Source: the human T2T-CHM13v2.0 reference genome, Homo sapiens. From it: a stretch of 64,000 bases of DNA. A program made the position numbers and the translations under genes. This document shows, in pieces, positions 18,560 to 30,800 of this stretch (position 1 is the stretch's first letter; each line of letters opens with the position of its first letter). Where the stretch lies: NCBI RefSeq assembly GCF_009914755.1, contig NC_060925.1; one strand, given 5' to 3'. The notes under the pieces were generated by a model. That model saw nothing but the letters and a program-made list of their open reading frames with translations. It did not search any database and was not told the origin of the DNA.

Positions 18560-18760
18560 GAAGCACCAAAGCTTTATGCATCAAGAGCAAGTCATGTCAA
18601 ACCAACCTTGCTTCCTCTTCTGACTGTGTTACTAGCCTGGAAAATGAGGAAAATACGTTGAAAGTTGTTTCTGACTTTTGGCAAGACATTTTTTAAAATC
18701 TCTAATTATATTGTTATAAATAAGATTAGGAAATTCTTGGTATTATGAATGAAAATAATT
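18560..18760 (+). mobile_element. L3/CR1 RT fragment
   Basis: degenerate coding for KSCQTNL..F.D.VT.L...DF.K.F, typical of CR1 RT. Confidence 0.6.
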
Positions 18761-20329
18761 CATTCATCGTATGCAAAATATACTTAGCAAATATTATCAA
18801 TGATCCATAATTAGAAGTTCTATTAATACTTTGAAGATACTTATTCAACAACTGTAGCAGACTTGAGTTCACCTACAATGAGCCAGACACACTGCCAGGT
18901 GCTAGGGTGAAATTTATGAATAATACATAGAGGAGCTCACAATGTCAGAAGTTTAAAATAAATTCATCAGGACAGAAATATAAGCTTAAGTTATGTCCTA
19001 GTACAGTTGCTGGAACATACTATGGAGCCAAATTACTATTTTTAAATTAATGAATCAATCAGTAAATCAAGCAGAGGTAAAAATCAATATTCAGCTAAAG
19101 TTAGGCCAAAGTTAAATATTACCACCAGAGAAGGAACTGTTTGGAGAAAAGATTAAGCAATGTCATCCAAAAGTAATGATTATTATAATTTTGTATTTAA
19201 AATGTACTAGATTTTTAAAGTTTGACATTATAGTTAGGAACAATGATTCCTCTGCCTTGTCAGCTGCAAGATTGCTCCTGTGGTCAATGTACTGCACATT
19301 TATGTTACCAAATAGGAGCTCACTTGCAATAGAGGTCACTGGAAAAGGAAAGAAAATCAAGGGTATCTTGCCCTTTTCTAGCAGTTTCTTCATATTCTAC
19401 ATTTATGACTGGATTGATGATGATATCATGGATGTTGTTTACATGATTCTGGATAGTTTTGCACTCATGTAATTTCAGTGCAGCAGAATTGACATTCTGC
19501 TTTTAATATACCCCATACGTTGTGAAAAACTCTCCCAATAAGATCTTACTTCACAATTTCTGGCTTAAGTGAATTGAAATAACTTTTAGTTAGGAATAAC
19601 TTTTAGGGGTAATTTGGCTTAAAGTTATAAATGTTACTGTAACAATTATATAAAAAAGAATTGCGATATAATTTAATATCAGTTATTCTTTATATTCATG
19701 TTTATATTTTATAAATATTTATTAGCTCAGAAAGGTTACTATATTTTTTCTAAAGTTATCTATATAATGCAGTTTTAATATTTCTATTGCCTTTCAATCT
19801 CTTTTCATATTTATTAGATTTTAAGAAGTGTTTAACTGCTTTCGCTCATAAAATTAACTATAAAATTAATTTTTAATTACTGTAAGATTGCCCACTTCCA
19901 TTATCAAAATAAATTTATTTGTCTATTGGCTGACAGAATTCTAATACATTAAAGACAAGGAAATTTTCATTCTATATTATATCTAAAATGTTTATCTGTA
20001 TTCAAAAGTGAATATCCAGAAGTTAGTAATAAGTCTCATTGGCATGCCTTGTTTGTACTACTCACTTTGCTAACTAGCTTTGATGGTAACCCATGTGATC
20101 ACGATGTGTTGATCATGCATAATTTGAAGGATATCAGATAGTGTGAAGTACTTTGGCCCTCCAAAGGCTGAAGCCAAAGCTAAATATATAATTTTGATTG
20201 AATACCAAGGCTAATATCAAGTTATACATCTTAGAAGTGCTAATTTTTTAAAGATTACCCCTTTGAATATCTACTACACATTGCATGAAGGTCAAAAGAA
20301 CATACTTGCTGAAGGTCAACATAATATTG

Positions 20330-20860
20330 GGAGCTGTACCTTCCTTTAGTAGTAAAACAAGCATTGCCCTTTGCCCTCATGGAGCCTACAGTTTAGTTTT
20401 CAAGGGATAGCAAAGAGTAAGCAAATTATCACAAAAATAAATGTATAATTTAAAACTGCAGTATGTTCCATGAAGGAAAATACAAGGTGCTTTGAAACCA
20501 GATTGAGGGAAGTAATTTAAATGAGGAGTCAAGAAAAGCCTCTTTGAGAAGATGGCATTTAAGCTAAGAGTGAATAGATACGTGGGATTCAGTAAAGTGA
20601 AGTAAGGGAGAGAGTATGCCAGAAAAAAGAGCAGGCCGATAGAGCCAGTTGTCCTGACGGGACTGAGTCAGGAAAAGAGTTGCAGATAAACTTCTGGAGG
20701 GATTTTTAGGGGCCAGACCTTTTAAGCTCTAACCATACATGTTAAACATTTTTTATTTTTATTCAGATATAATGGGAAGTATTTGAAGGGTTGTAAATAG
20801 GATATTTTCATTTTTTTAAATATTGTTCAGGCTGCTCAATGGAGAAGGGATTCAAGAAAA
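20330..20860 (-). mobile_element. L2 fragment
   Basis: tgccctcatggagcctacagttta, ctctttgagaagatggcatttaagct. Confidence 0.7.
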
Positions 20861-20956
20861 GAATGAAACCAACAAGTTAGAGTATTTTAAATAATTCTTA
20901 GAAATGAACTATTATCCATCTTTACCCATGCTATTAGACTTTTTGTGTTTTTGCAG

Positions 20957-21026
20957 ATTGAAGAATTTACCATTCTCATTTACCAAACTTAAAGAGCTTG
21001 CAGCTTTGTGGCTTTCTGACAATCAG
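20957..21026 (+). CDS. LRRC7: LRRC7 exon ([23 protein letters not shown]; LRR end/LAPSDa), 70 nt, phase 2-0
   Basis: tttttgcag acceptor, CAG|gtaaa donor; WLSDNQ is the LAP family motif. Confidence 0.96.
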
Positions 21027-21488
21027 GTAAAAGGTTTTATTGCCTGATTTATTTATTAAGATGAACTATAATTGAAAGTTTGAATTACTAATTTATTCCC
21101 AATAGATACCTTTGACAGCAGCTACAAAATGTAGATTGTTTTTATCCCCAGAAAGAGAGAATTTTGTAAAGATAGCAATTCAAACATTGCTGAAGTCAAA
21201 ACAGTACTGTAAGCCCCACCCTCCTTAAATACTTCTATTTAACATCTACTTAATTCTCTGAGATCTAATACACAAAATGATCATTTTTATAGCTTTTTAA
21301 CTTCTAGGTGGTACACGTAGGTCCTTAGAGGATGTACTTTAATTATATCTCTGAAGGTAAAGAATAAGAAATTGTTACCACAATCCCCACAACAGGGAAT
21401 TATTATCCTCTATGTTCCTCTTTCTTCTTATCCTTTTAATTATAATCAACTTAATTCAAAAGCTTCATTAATGACATTTGAAATATCA

Positions 21489-21774
21489 GGCTGGGCGCGG
21501 TGGCTCATGCTGTAATCCCAACACTTTGGGAGGCCGAGGCACACAGATCACTTGAGGTCAGGAGTTCAAGACCAGCCTGACCAATGTGGTGAAACCCTGT
21601 CTCTATTAAAAATACCAAATTAGCCCAGCACGGCAGCATGCCTGTAATCCCAGCTACTCGGGAGGCTGAGGCAGGAGAATCGCTTGAACCCGGGGGGCAC
21701 AGGTTGCAGTGAGTCTAGATCACTCCAGCCTGGGTGACACAGCGAGACTCTGTCTCAGAAAAAAAAAAAAAAAA
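21489..21774 (+). mobile_element. AluS element with small internal deletions
   Basis: dimer plus A tail; degenerate TSD atttgaaatatc/atttgcaatatc. Confidence 0.95.
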
Positions 21775-23208
21775 GGAATTTGCAATATCTTTTTGGCAAC
21801 TATTAGTATTTTCTGTAAAATTGTTTTGATATTATTTTTTATCCTCTTGAAAACAGATTTTAATTGAATCAGTAATATTGCATTAGTAAATAATTTTATT
21901 AACTGGAAAATAACAAGAAACCATTGAAGATAACTGATTTGCCTACAGAAGAACTAATGATAGACAATTTTTATATAGTTTATTAGTCCTCTTTTTTCTT
22001 GTGATCCTTAAATTTTGAAACACCTATCCTCAAATATGAATGGCTAAATGAAAACAATTCATCTTGAATTTAGCTCATCATTATTTTCTGAGCATAAAAG
22101 TAGCATTACTGGTACGTGAATTGTTCATATTTACAGTCATTGGACACTTGTGGAAAATTTAAAATAACCTTTACAAATTATAAAATCTAAATATAAGAAT
22201 ATTGTTTGTGTTCCTACAGTAATTACAGCATTTGCTTCCATCTGAGTCAAAAATTAGTAATTCAAATTCAAATCTTATCAATAAACTATAGATTTTTCAA
22301 GGCATCAATATATCATCATAAATAATTTCTGGAATCAATGTGAACTATGCTAATGTAATAGTATATTCCACAGTATTGCATTATGGGAAAAAAATATGAT
22401 TTATTATTCTTGTGGGAGAATGAACAGAGCAGTGACTGCATCATTTAACTTTTATTTAGAAGAGTAATGTAATGTGGTTATGACTCAGTTTCATGAGACA
22501 AACTGATATCAAAAATCCCCTTTGTGTTTCACTCCTATTAATGTCATTAAATAAGCAGATTTTTAGTATATTAGATAATATCATTTCCAATATATTTCTG
22601 ACATGGACTATCAGAGTTCTAGAATATCCCTTCAGAATGAATATTTCTGAAATCAAACTAATAACAGAATGAAATATGCACAGAGGTCAATATATTATGA
22701 TATATCAGGTACAAGTACAGTTGCTTATCTATAAAGTGGACCCTGTCTTTGGCTATAAAAATATCTCTTATAAATAAGTGAATGCTGTTTTAACCTAATT
22801 AAATTCATAGATGATCTTGCATAGCATAAATTTGATAGCAAATTCCATTTGTCTTTCTAGGGCAATAATCCATGAAAATGAATAGGCATATAGAACTGTA
22901 CCAAAAGCTTACTTAGTTGAAACAATTTAACACATTTTGAACTGTTCAGGATTAAATCTGACATTGCCCAGTTGAATAGGTTTTGATAAGTTTTGTAAAA
23001 GGATATACTAAAGAAGAAAACTTTATTATGAAAATCTTAGAATATGAAAATATTCCTCAGTAATAGTATTATTTCATGTTGTAATTTCTTATTTTATTTC
23101 TTTTTTCACTTTTTCCCCCCAATGTTTATTTATCTGAGTGAGACCAGACTATTGACTGTTATATATTTGCAATTGTATTCATCTAATTTGTATGTTCTTT
23201 GCTTCTAG

Positions 23209-23308
23209 TCCAAAGCCCTTATCCCTTTACAAACAGAAGCCCATCCAGAAACAAAGCAAAGAGTATTGACTAACTACATGTTTCCCCAGCAGCCTCGTGG
23301 TGATGAAG
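23209..23308 (+). CDS. LRRC7: LRRC7 exon ([33 protein letters not shown]), 100 nt, phase 0-1
   Basis: gcttctag acceptor, G|gtaaat donor; the LAP-specific LTNYMFPQQ motif is shared with Erbin and Scribble. Confidence 0.96.
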
Positions 23309-25494
23309 GTAAATTGTCAGTAGAAATTTCTTCTCTACTTATAATGATTATGGATAGAAATAACTAATTTTATTCAGATCTCTGGCCAGGAGTACTGGCA
23401 CATGGACAAGCTTATAAAGATAATTACATGACACACAAATATCATTTGGGGATGTACTTTAAGCATAAGTCTTATTTTCTACTCTATTTTAGATAAGCTT
23501 CCAAAACAAAACTCTTCATCTTTATATCTTACATAAAAATAATGTTGATTTTTAGGAGCAACTATTTCTCTTTATGGATTGCAAGACACATGACTAGTAA
23601 AGCAGATCTGGTAACCAGCTAATTGAAATGAGCTAAGAGCAGTCAGATCCTAAGGAAGTTTCAATGAACTGGTTTAGTTGCTGTGTTCATTTATTGCATG
23701 AACACAATTTAAACATCTAGTCCAATGATCTCTGGACTCAAATTATTTCATGGTCTAAGTCAACCATAAATAGATACTTGCAAATAAGACCATTCTTTCT
23801 TTTCAAGTTGAGTTTCCCTAACCAATATCCCTAAATCCTTTTTCAATAATTAAATCTTCTCTTCTATGATCACATTATTCATTTAAAAAGGTTAAAAGAG
23901 CTTTTTGTCCTTTGCTATTTGAAACTTAGCATAGGCTCCTTAGCCCAAGCCAACACAAGCTGATATGAACATTTTCTATAGTTATGGAGTAACAATAATT
24001 CTTGGAAGAGTAAACTTATTTTAATCCAGCCATGGATTAAATCTACTCAATCCATGTGAATGAGGCCAACTTGTAAAATAAACCATTTGTTTATGTATTT
24101 CTTATTTCCAGGGATAATTATAATAAATGACTTTAGTCTTTGACCTCCAAATGTAAGTGAATCATTTTGGAATATTTTAGGATATTTTTCTTTAAATTTT
24201 GTCTACAGAAGTAGGAAAAGAAAAGATTGTTTTAATATGTATTTTTATAAGTCAATAAAATTAACCTTTTGAATTGATAAAAGAAAAACCACCATGTTTA
24301 CACATTTTATAAGAGACATCTTAAGTAAGGATTATGTTATATTCATGCAGCTTTACTTATATTTTCATTTTAATAGCTCTACATTATCAAAATATTTAAC
24401 TTCAAAAGAATATAGGGAAAAAATGAAAAGTATCTCATATTCACTGGTCATTTCTGAGATATGATCTCACAGATTGAATCCCTAATTTGTCCCAAGGTAG
24501 ATTCAGTTAGGTAAGGTGTAGTGTTAAGGAATTAGCCTAGCTGAGTTTGCTTTTGTTTTTGTTTTTTTCTTTGAGAAAAGAAAGGTTGGTAATTGAAAAG
24601 TTTCCTCGAACTTAAATTAAGTCATCCTTTGGTTTTCCAGGCAGGAGTGTAATAAATGAGTTTTCAGAATCCCTTGTAACAAAGAAAGACATATATGATA
24701 AAGGACCTCCTTTGGAAAAGAATTTAGCCTTAACTAAGTACTTTTATTGCATTTTCATGTGATCTTTGCCATAATGTTGCAAAGAAGATATTATCATTAG
24801 CCAACATTTTATGTAAAAAAAAGATTCATAAGCCATTTCCCTGTTAATTTGACATATTTAAACTAACTGCAACAGACTAAATTTTCCACGTTTTCTACCA
24901 AAAAACAAGCTCCCCTCATTGACCCCACAATAAAAGGAAAAGGTTGCAATCTTAGATACCTTATTGCAAAGTCAATGTTATGTGGTAACTTTTATAAAAG
25001 AAATTTGTATAGAGTTTAGCAGTTACAAATAAGGATTCTATTTAGACAGGAACAGAATCCTGCACTAGCCACTGAGAAGTCTCTTAACACTTTGAGCAAG
25101 TCCCTTAAAACTCATTAGTAAAGTAAGGATGAGATTAGTAATACCATTGTGTTGTTGTAAGGATTGAAAAAGATAACGCTTTAAAATGCTTGGTCTAACT
25201 CTCTATATTATTATTATTGTCCTATGGGGACCCCATTTCCTACACTAGAAAATTTCCCAATCCTGAGTATTTTAGGAATACTGAATTTGAGTTAAGATTA
25301 CAAAAGACCATGTAATAAATATCAAGGGAATTTTATTCTTTTCTCTTTCCTTCTTTCTCTTTCTTTTTTTCTTTCTTTCTTCTTTATTTCCGTATTTGTT
25401 TGTAGTATCTATCACCATTTTTGCATACTATATTAAATACTTTGTGTAAAATTGTTTTTTAAAAAAGCAATAATACTTTGGAATCTAACTGTAG

Positions 25495-25619
25495 ATTTCC
25501 AGTCAGACAGTGACAGCTTTAACCCTACACTGTGGGAAGAGCAGAGACAACAACGCATGACTGTTGCCTTTGAATTTGAAGACAAAAAAGAAGATGACGA
25601 AAATGCTGGGAAAGTTAAG
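25495..25619 (+). CDS. LRRC7: LRRC7 exon ([42 protein letters not shown]), 125 nt, phase 1-0
   Basis: ctgtag acceptor, AAG|gtgaac donor; frame is continuous with both neighbours. Confidence 0.95.
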
Positions 25620-27615
25620 GTGAACCTTTTAGCTTTTGTTTCCTCTTTCTTCTCCTTATCTTTTTGTTTGTCCGTTTTTCTTATTCAGATAGATTTTGGG
25701 ACAAAGTCAGATACTTCTTCAAGTCTCATGGCGGTACCTTTCATTACAGCATGCTGGTAGTTCTGGAAGCATTGGTGTGCTTCAGAATGAGACTAATGTC
25801 CCAAATCTGAGTGAGCAAATTTGAAATGCCACTTCATCCAACAGAATAACTGCATGAGAGAGATTCAAGCTGAGGGAAAGTAGAAAAAAAAATCTGTGTG
25901 ATAGACTTCATCTAAGAACCTTATTTCATTGTTGACATGCTACACACTACGATGATTTTTTTTAATCACTGAGCAAAGCGTCATGCAGACTGAATAAGGC
26001 CAAAATAAACATTTCTGGAAGGGCCAACAGATTAATATGTTACATTGGCATTAAAATCTCTGAAAAGTTCTGTGTCCTTGGGCTATTCAAGAAGAATTTA
26101 TGAGTTTCCTTAAATATGAGAACAAATTTTAAGGAAGATTAGTGCCTAATGGCAGGTGATGTTCCTTAGGGAACATAACTTCAATTTTTTTTACCTCAAA
26201 GTATGTTTTAAAAGATCTTTTATAGGGACTACTAGGTCAAGTAACAAGATTGAATTTTAAAATATGTATTTCTCCATTACTTACATTTTTAATTATCATC
26301 AGAATTGATTTAGATTTTCTCAACATCACATTTTCATGTTGGCATGGCAACATCTTGAATCTCTCATTTACTTTTTATAACATTGTATGTGTACTTTTTC
26401 TATCATGGCTACTAACAGCTCTCACTCTTAGTGACTAATTACCTTTATAATTGCATATGTGTTCTATTAATAAAGCTAGATTGTGTGTTATGTTTGTCTC
26501 TGTCCTCTCCTTTCCACATTTTCTAAACTTTATTTCTTAAATCAGCACATGAGCACTTACTGGCAAGGCCTACCAATATCGTTACGGAGAACCCAAAATG
26601 GATTCCCAAATCCAAAATAACAATTTTGTTAAAGATTTGGGTTTTAAAAAAAATGTCTCTAGATAGTTGATTAGTGCTGTCTAACAACCAAAGAGACATC
26701 TTTTTGAACTTGTGAATTCCTAGAAAAAATAATGCTAAACTGAAAACATACCTTCAGAACATTTCAGTTCTTTTACGGATTTTGTATGTTAAATCCAGAA
26801 CCAATGGATGATGCATTCTATACCGGACTTCTGATTCATCTTTATATTTCATTGAATTACCAAAAATTGCATGCTTCTTCCTGAAATTCTGTATTCAAAG
26901 AATGCAAGAAGAAAGTGCATTTAATATACTCTGGTATATGTGTCAATGAAAACGTAAAATATAGTAAATACTTACAGTTATTTAGAAGCCCTGTTTGTGT
27001 GTTATGTGTTCAAGTTTGTTTATAATCAGAGTAGGTTCATTATACTTTAGAGTGTTTTTTCTCTGTATTTACATTTGGTTTATTTATGTATTAATGAAAC
27101 AATGTGTGTTTCAAAATCTCAAACTACTCAGTTTTGACTAATTTGAATATTTCCAATGCCATTGGCTATTGGACAAATTAGAGCACAAACGAACTTCTAA
27201 ATAAATCATCATGGAAGTATGATGAATAGAATATATTGTAATCTTACACTAAATCACACTTTTCTGGTTCATTACATGTACATTAAATTCAGCACCATTT
27301 TACCTTTAATTTACATGAAATTTAAAAAGGAACCATTGACCTATGCTTTCAACTTTCAAATGGACTAGAGTATAATGCCCTACTTACAGTCTGTATAGTG
27401 TAGTATGAATGCTGCATTGTGTGAAGAAATTGTGACCCTTTAGCATCATATAAAATTAGTACTGTTTTATACATGGATTTAAAACTAACTTTATGATCAT
27501 TATTTTAAATGCATAACTCAGAGTGAAAGAAAAAGAGAGTAGAAAAATGATAAAGTGAAAGTATTGCTACAGTGCTCCTCTTTCTCCCAGAAAATGGAGA
27601 TTCCTTCTCCCACAG

Positions 27616-27864
27616 GATCTCTCCTGCCAAGCCCCCTGGGAAAGGGGCCAGCGTGGGATTACTCTCCAACCTGCCAGACTGTCTGGCGATTGCTGCACAC
27701 CATGGGCCAGGTGTGATCAGCAGATCCAAGATATGCCCGTCCCCCAGAATGACCCACAGCTGGCATGGGGTTGTATAAGTGGCCTCCAGCAGGAAAGGAG
27801 CATGTGTACTCCATTGCCAGTTGCAGCACAATCCACCACTCTTCCCTCTCTAAGTGGCAGACAG
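27616..27864 (+). CDS. LRRC7: LRRC7 symmetric Cys-rich exon ([12 protein letters not shown]...LPSLSGRQ), 249 nt, phase 0-0
   Basis: ttccttctcccacag acceptor, CAG|gtaggc donor, 83 open codons; matches the recalled human densin sequence. Confidence 0.92.
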
Positions 27865-30800
27865 GTAGGCCTAGGTGTCTGGGGTAGGAGAATCTCCCAT
27901 GTAGAGGCAACCTTGGAACAGTGGTTTATGGGGTATGTTCTGCATGATTTGGGGTAAGAAATGTTGATCACATAGAAACCTTCAAATTGCCAGTGTTTTA
28001 TCTCAATTTAACATTTTGTTTATTGACATTGGCAATGGGGTGGGGAGGACTAAGTCAGAGGGGAGGGAATATCAATGTGAGGTGCCTATTGGTGGGATAT
28101 CTGGCATGGTTTTTGAGTTGGGTGCTTTTTTTTTTCTTTAATTTAAAGTGTGGGAATACCAATAGTTGGGCAGAATGTTGATGACACTATTGATACATTC
28201 TAAATTGTCTCCTCCACATATATGCACATTTTTTATAATGTGAATTCTGGGGGAGATTAAATAGCTAAAACTTAATTCTTAAAATAGCATCAGATTTAAA
28301 TTGAGATTTGCTGAGAGTGGCCTTTAAGCACAAAGATAGACATCTGTTGAAAAGCATCAATTTCCTTTAATTTGAAGACACAAATCGTATGAATTCCTGT
28401 AAGAGAAGATTGAATTGGGAGTTGTGGCAAATAGGGCTTCCTTATCTCTGTGGTTGGGTGTTTTAAGAGGTTAATGGGGGGAAAAACATGTCTTACTGGA
28501 ATATGAAAGAACACTGCATGTCTTGTAAACTTTACTATCCACATGTAATGGACTAGATACTTATCCATTGTCTTATATTTTTGCTACAATATAAGGCAAG
28601 CTGAGAATGCATTTTCCTAACTAAAATTGCTATAAGTTTCTTTTCTTTGTATAACATTCCAACTAATTCTCGAAGTAATATAATATTTAACAATCAATGA
28701 TCAAAGTATTAACTAATATTTCTCTTACTGGAATTTACAATCAAATCAAATTAGAATTTGATCATGATGTGAAATATATTATATTACATAATATATTATA
28801 ATATATTAAAAAACAGTTCTGTGTGAATTCAAGATATCATTTCTAAATGCCCTAGCTATTAACCTTAAGTGATTCTTTATTGCTAAATTTTTGGGGGTCT
28901 CCAACATCTTGCAGCTGCTATTTGCATTTACTGCACTTTATTTACATCTAAGATACAAAGAATGTTGCGAAACATTTCTTTTTTTCAAAATTAAAGTAAT
29001 ATTTTAGTAAAAATCTTGCATTTTAATAAAATGTATATGTGAACTGAGCAAATACTTTATAGTGAGTGATCAACACAACACAGTTTTGCAAGAATATAAT
29101 TGATTTTCCTACCTATGTGTATAATAAATGAATTTATATATTTTATCTCATGCTGGAATAAGAGAACATTTATAGTCTATATATTTAGATATATACAGAA
29201 ATTGCTCTTATATTTGGGTATTACTTAACTATTAGTATAACTGGGTCTATGATCATGTTTATTCACTTCTGATGCACTGCATATACCCAATGAAAAATAA
29301 AGCAAAGCAATCTATAAATGGGCATAAAATATGCTTGCATAGAACTTCCAAACATAATACAATGATAAATTATAGTTTCATCTTTAAAAATTATAAAATA
29401 TTGTGTTACTTAGCTTTATTTAAAAAAATAGAAATTATTTTGCCATTTAACTCAGAGAAATTCACATTTTAAACTTACAGTATTTCTTCCACAATATTGT
29501 ACAAATATGTGCTGCACCCACACTCTGAGCTAAGTAACACTTGTGTAGCATAAGCACTGGAGTCAAAAGACCTAAGTCTGAATATTGCATCTACTAGCTA
29601 TGTAATCTTAGGCAAGTTACTTACATGGTCTGAGCCACACTTTTCTTTCTGTAAAGTGGCAACAGCTGCTGCAATGGGTTGTGAAACTTAAGTGAGATTT
29701 TATTATAATGATTAATTATATAATATTTAATTATTAATCATTTATTTTTTAGTGTATAAATATTAATTTATATTTAAACCTATAGAATTAATAATAATGT
29801 TTATGTAAATAATTAATAATAAATTAAATATCCCTGTAAAACATTTATCATGGTGACTGGAACATGGGAGATACTGAATTAAATAACTGTTGCTATGTAT
29901 AATTGAAAAAAGATCCAGACAGTTACAGATATTATGTTTAGACATATACAGAGTAGAGTCAAGATCACCAAAGGAATCCAGATTTTTAAAATACATTAAG
30001 TAAAATGTGACATTAGAAGTAGTATCTCATCTCTGCATAGAACTTACAGATTTTCCAAGAACTTTCACATTTTTCACATTTTAGCTCCGGATTAACTCAA
30101 ATTTGTAGGAAATATATTATCATTTCCATTTTACATGAGTAGAAACAACAGAAAGATTAGTGGATGATAGCTAGTTGGGAATAAATCTATTTCTTAAATT
30201 TAAATCTTCTGACTCCAAGGCCAGTAAATTCTGCTAGTAGGCTAGTAAGTGAGAAGCAAGGAGCTTATTTTTTAGGTGAAACAAATGCAAGCTTTATAAG
30301 ACCTGGAACTTCCTCAATTTAAGGGGGGGGGGGTCCTCTTTCAGAAAAAGAATATAAAATGACTATGTAAATAATAGGGTCCCTCACAAGACTTTGGAAG
30401 AGGTGTGTAGCTTAAGCTTCATTAATGCATAGTAAATCTATTTCTAGATTTAAATGTCACAGGAATAAAATATTCAAACATATTCTGGGGATGTGACCAA
30501 AATATCACATGTGCTTGCTTATAAAATAACCAGAAAATATTAGTACCATGCCAAATAGTGATCTAATTGTGTCAGATGGGACACAGCATCTAACAAAAAA
30601 TACATTACATTATTCAATGAAGTATTTAATTCAGTTAAGGAAGAACACTTCACATTTCTTTTGCCTTCCATTCAATTTCTAAGTGTAGTTTTAGTGTTGG
30701 GGATTTTTTAAGTTGCATAGAATTTTAATTTAATGCCCTACTTTAGCTTATTTTTTATTCACATACAGCTGGTTATAAAAAATAAAATGTTCTTAATTGG

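Noticed and set aside
19176-19472. 98-aa ORF with a DWIDDDIMDVVY stretch faintly like CR1 RT
   Set aside because: Similarity is too short, with no convincing splice sites or recognisable domain
24020-24041. 9-bp perfect hairpin tttaatcca-gcca-tggattaaa
   Set aside because: AT-rich and short enough to arise by chance in 64 kb
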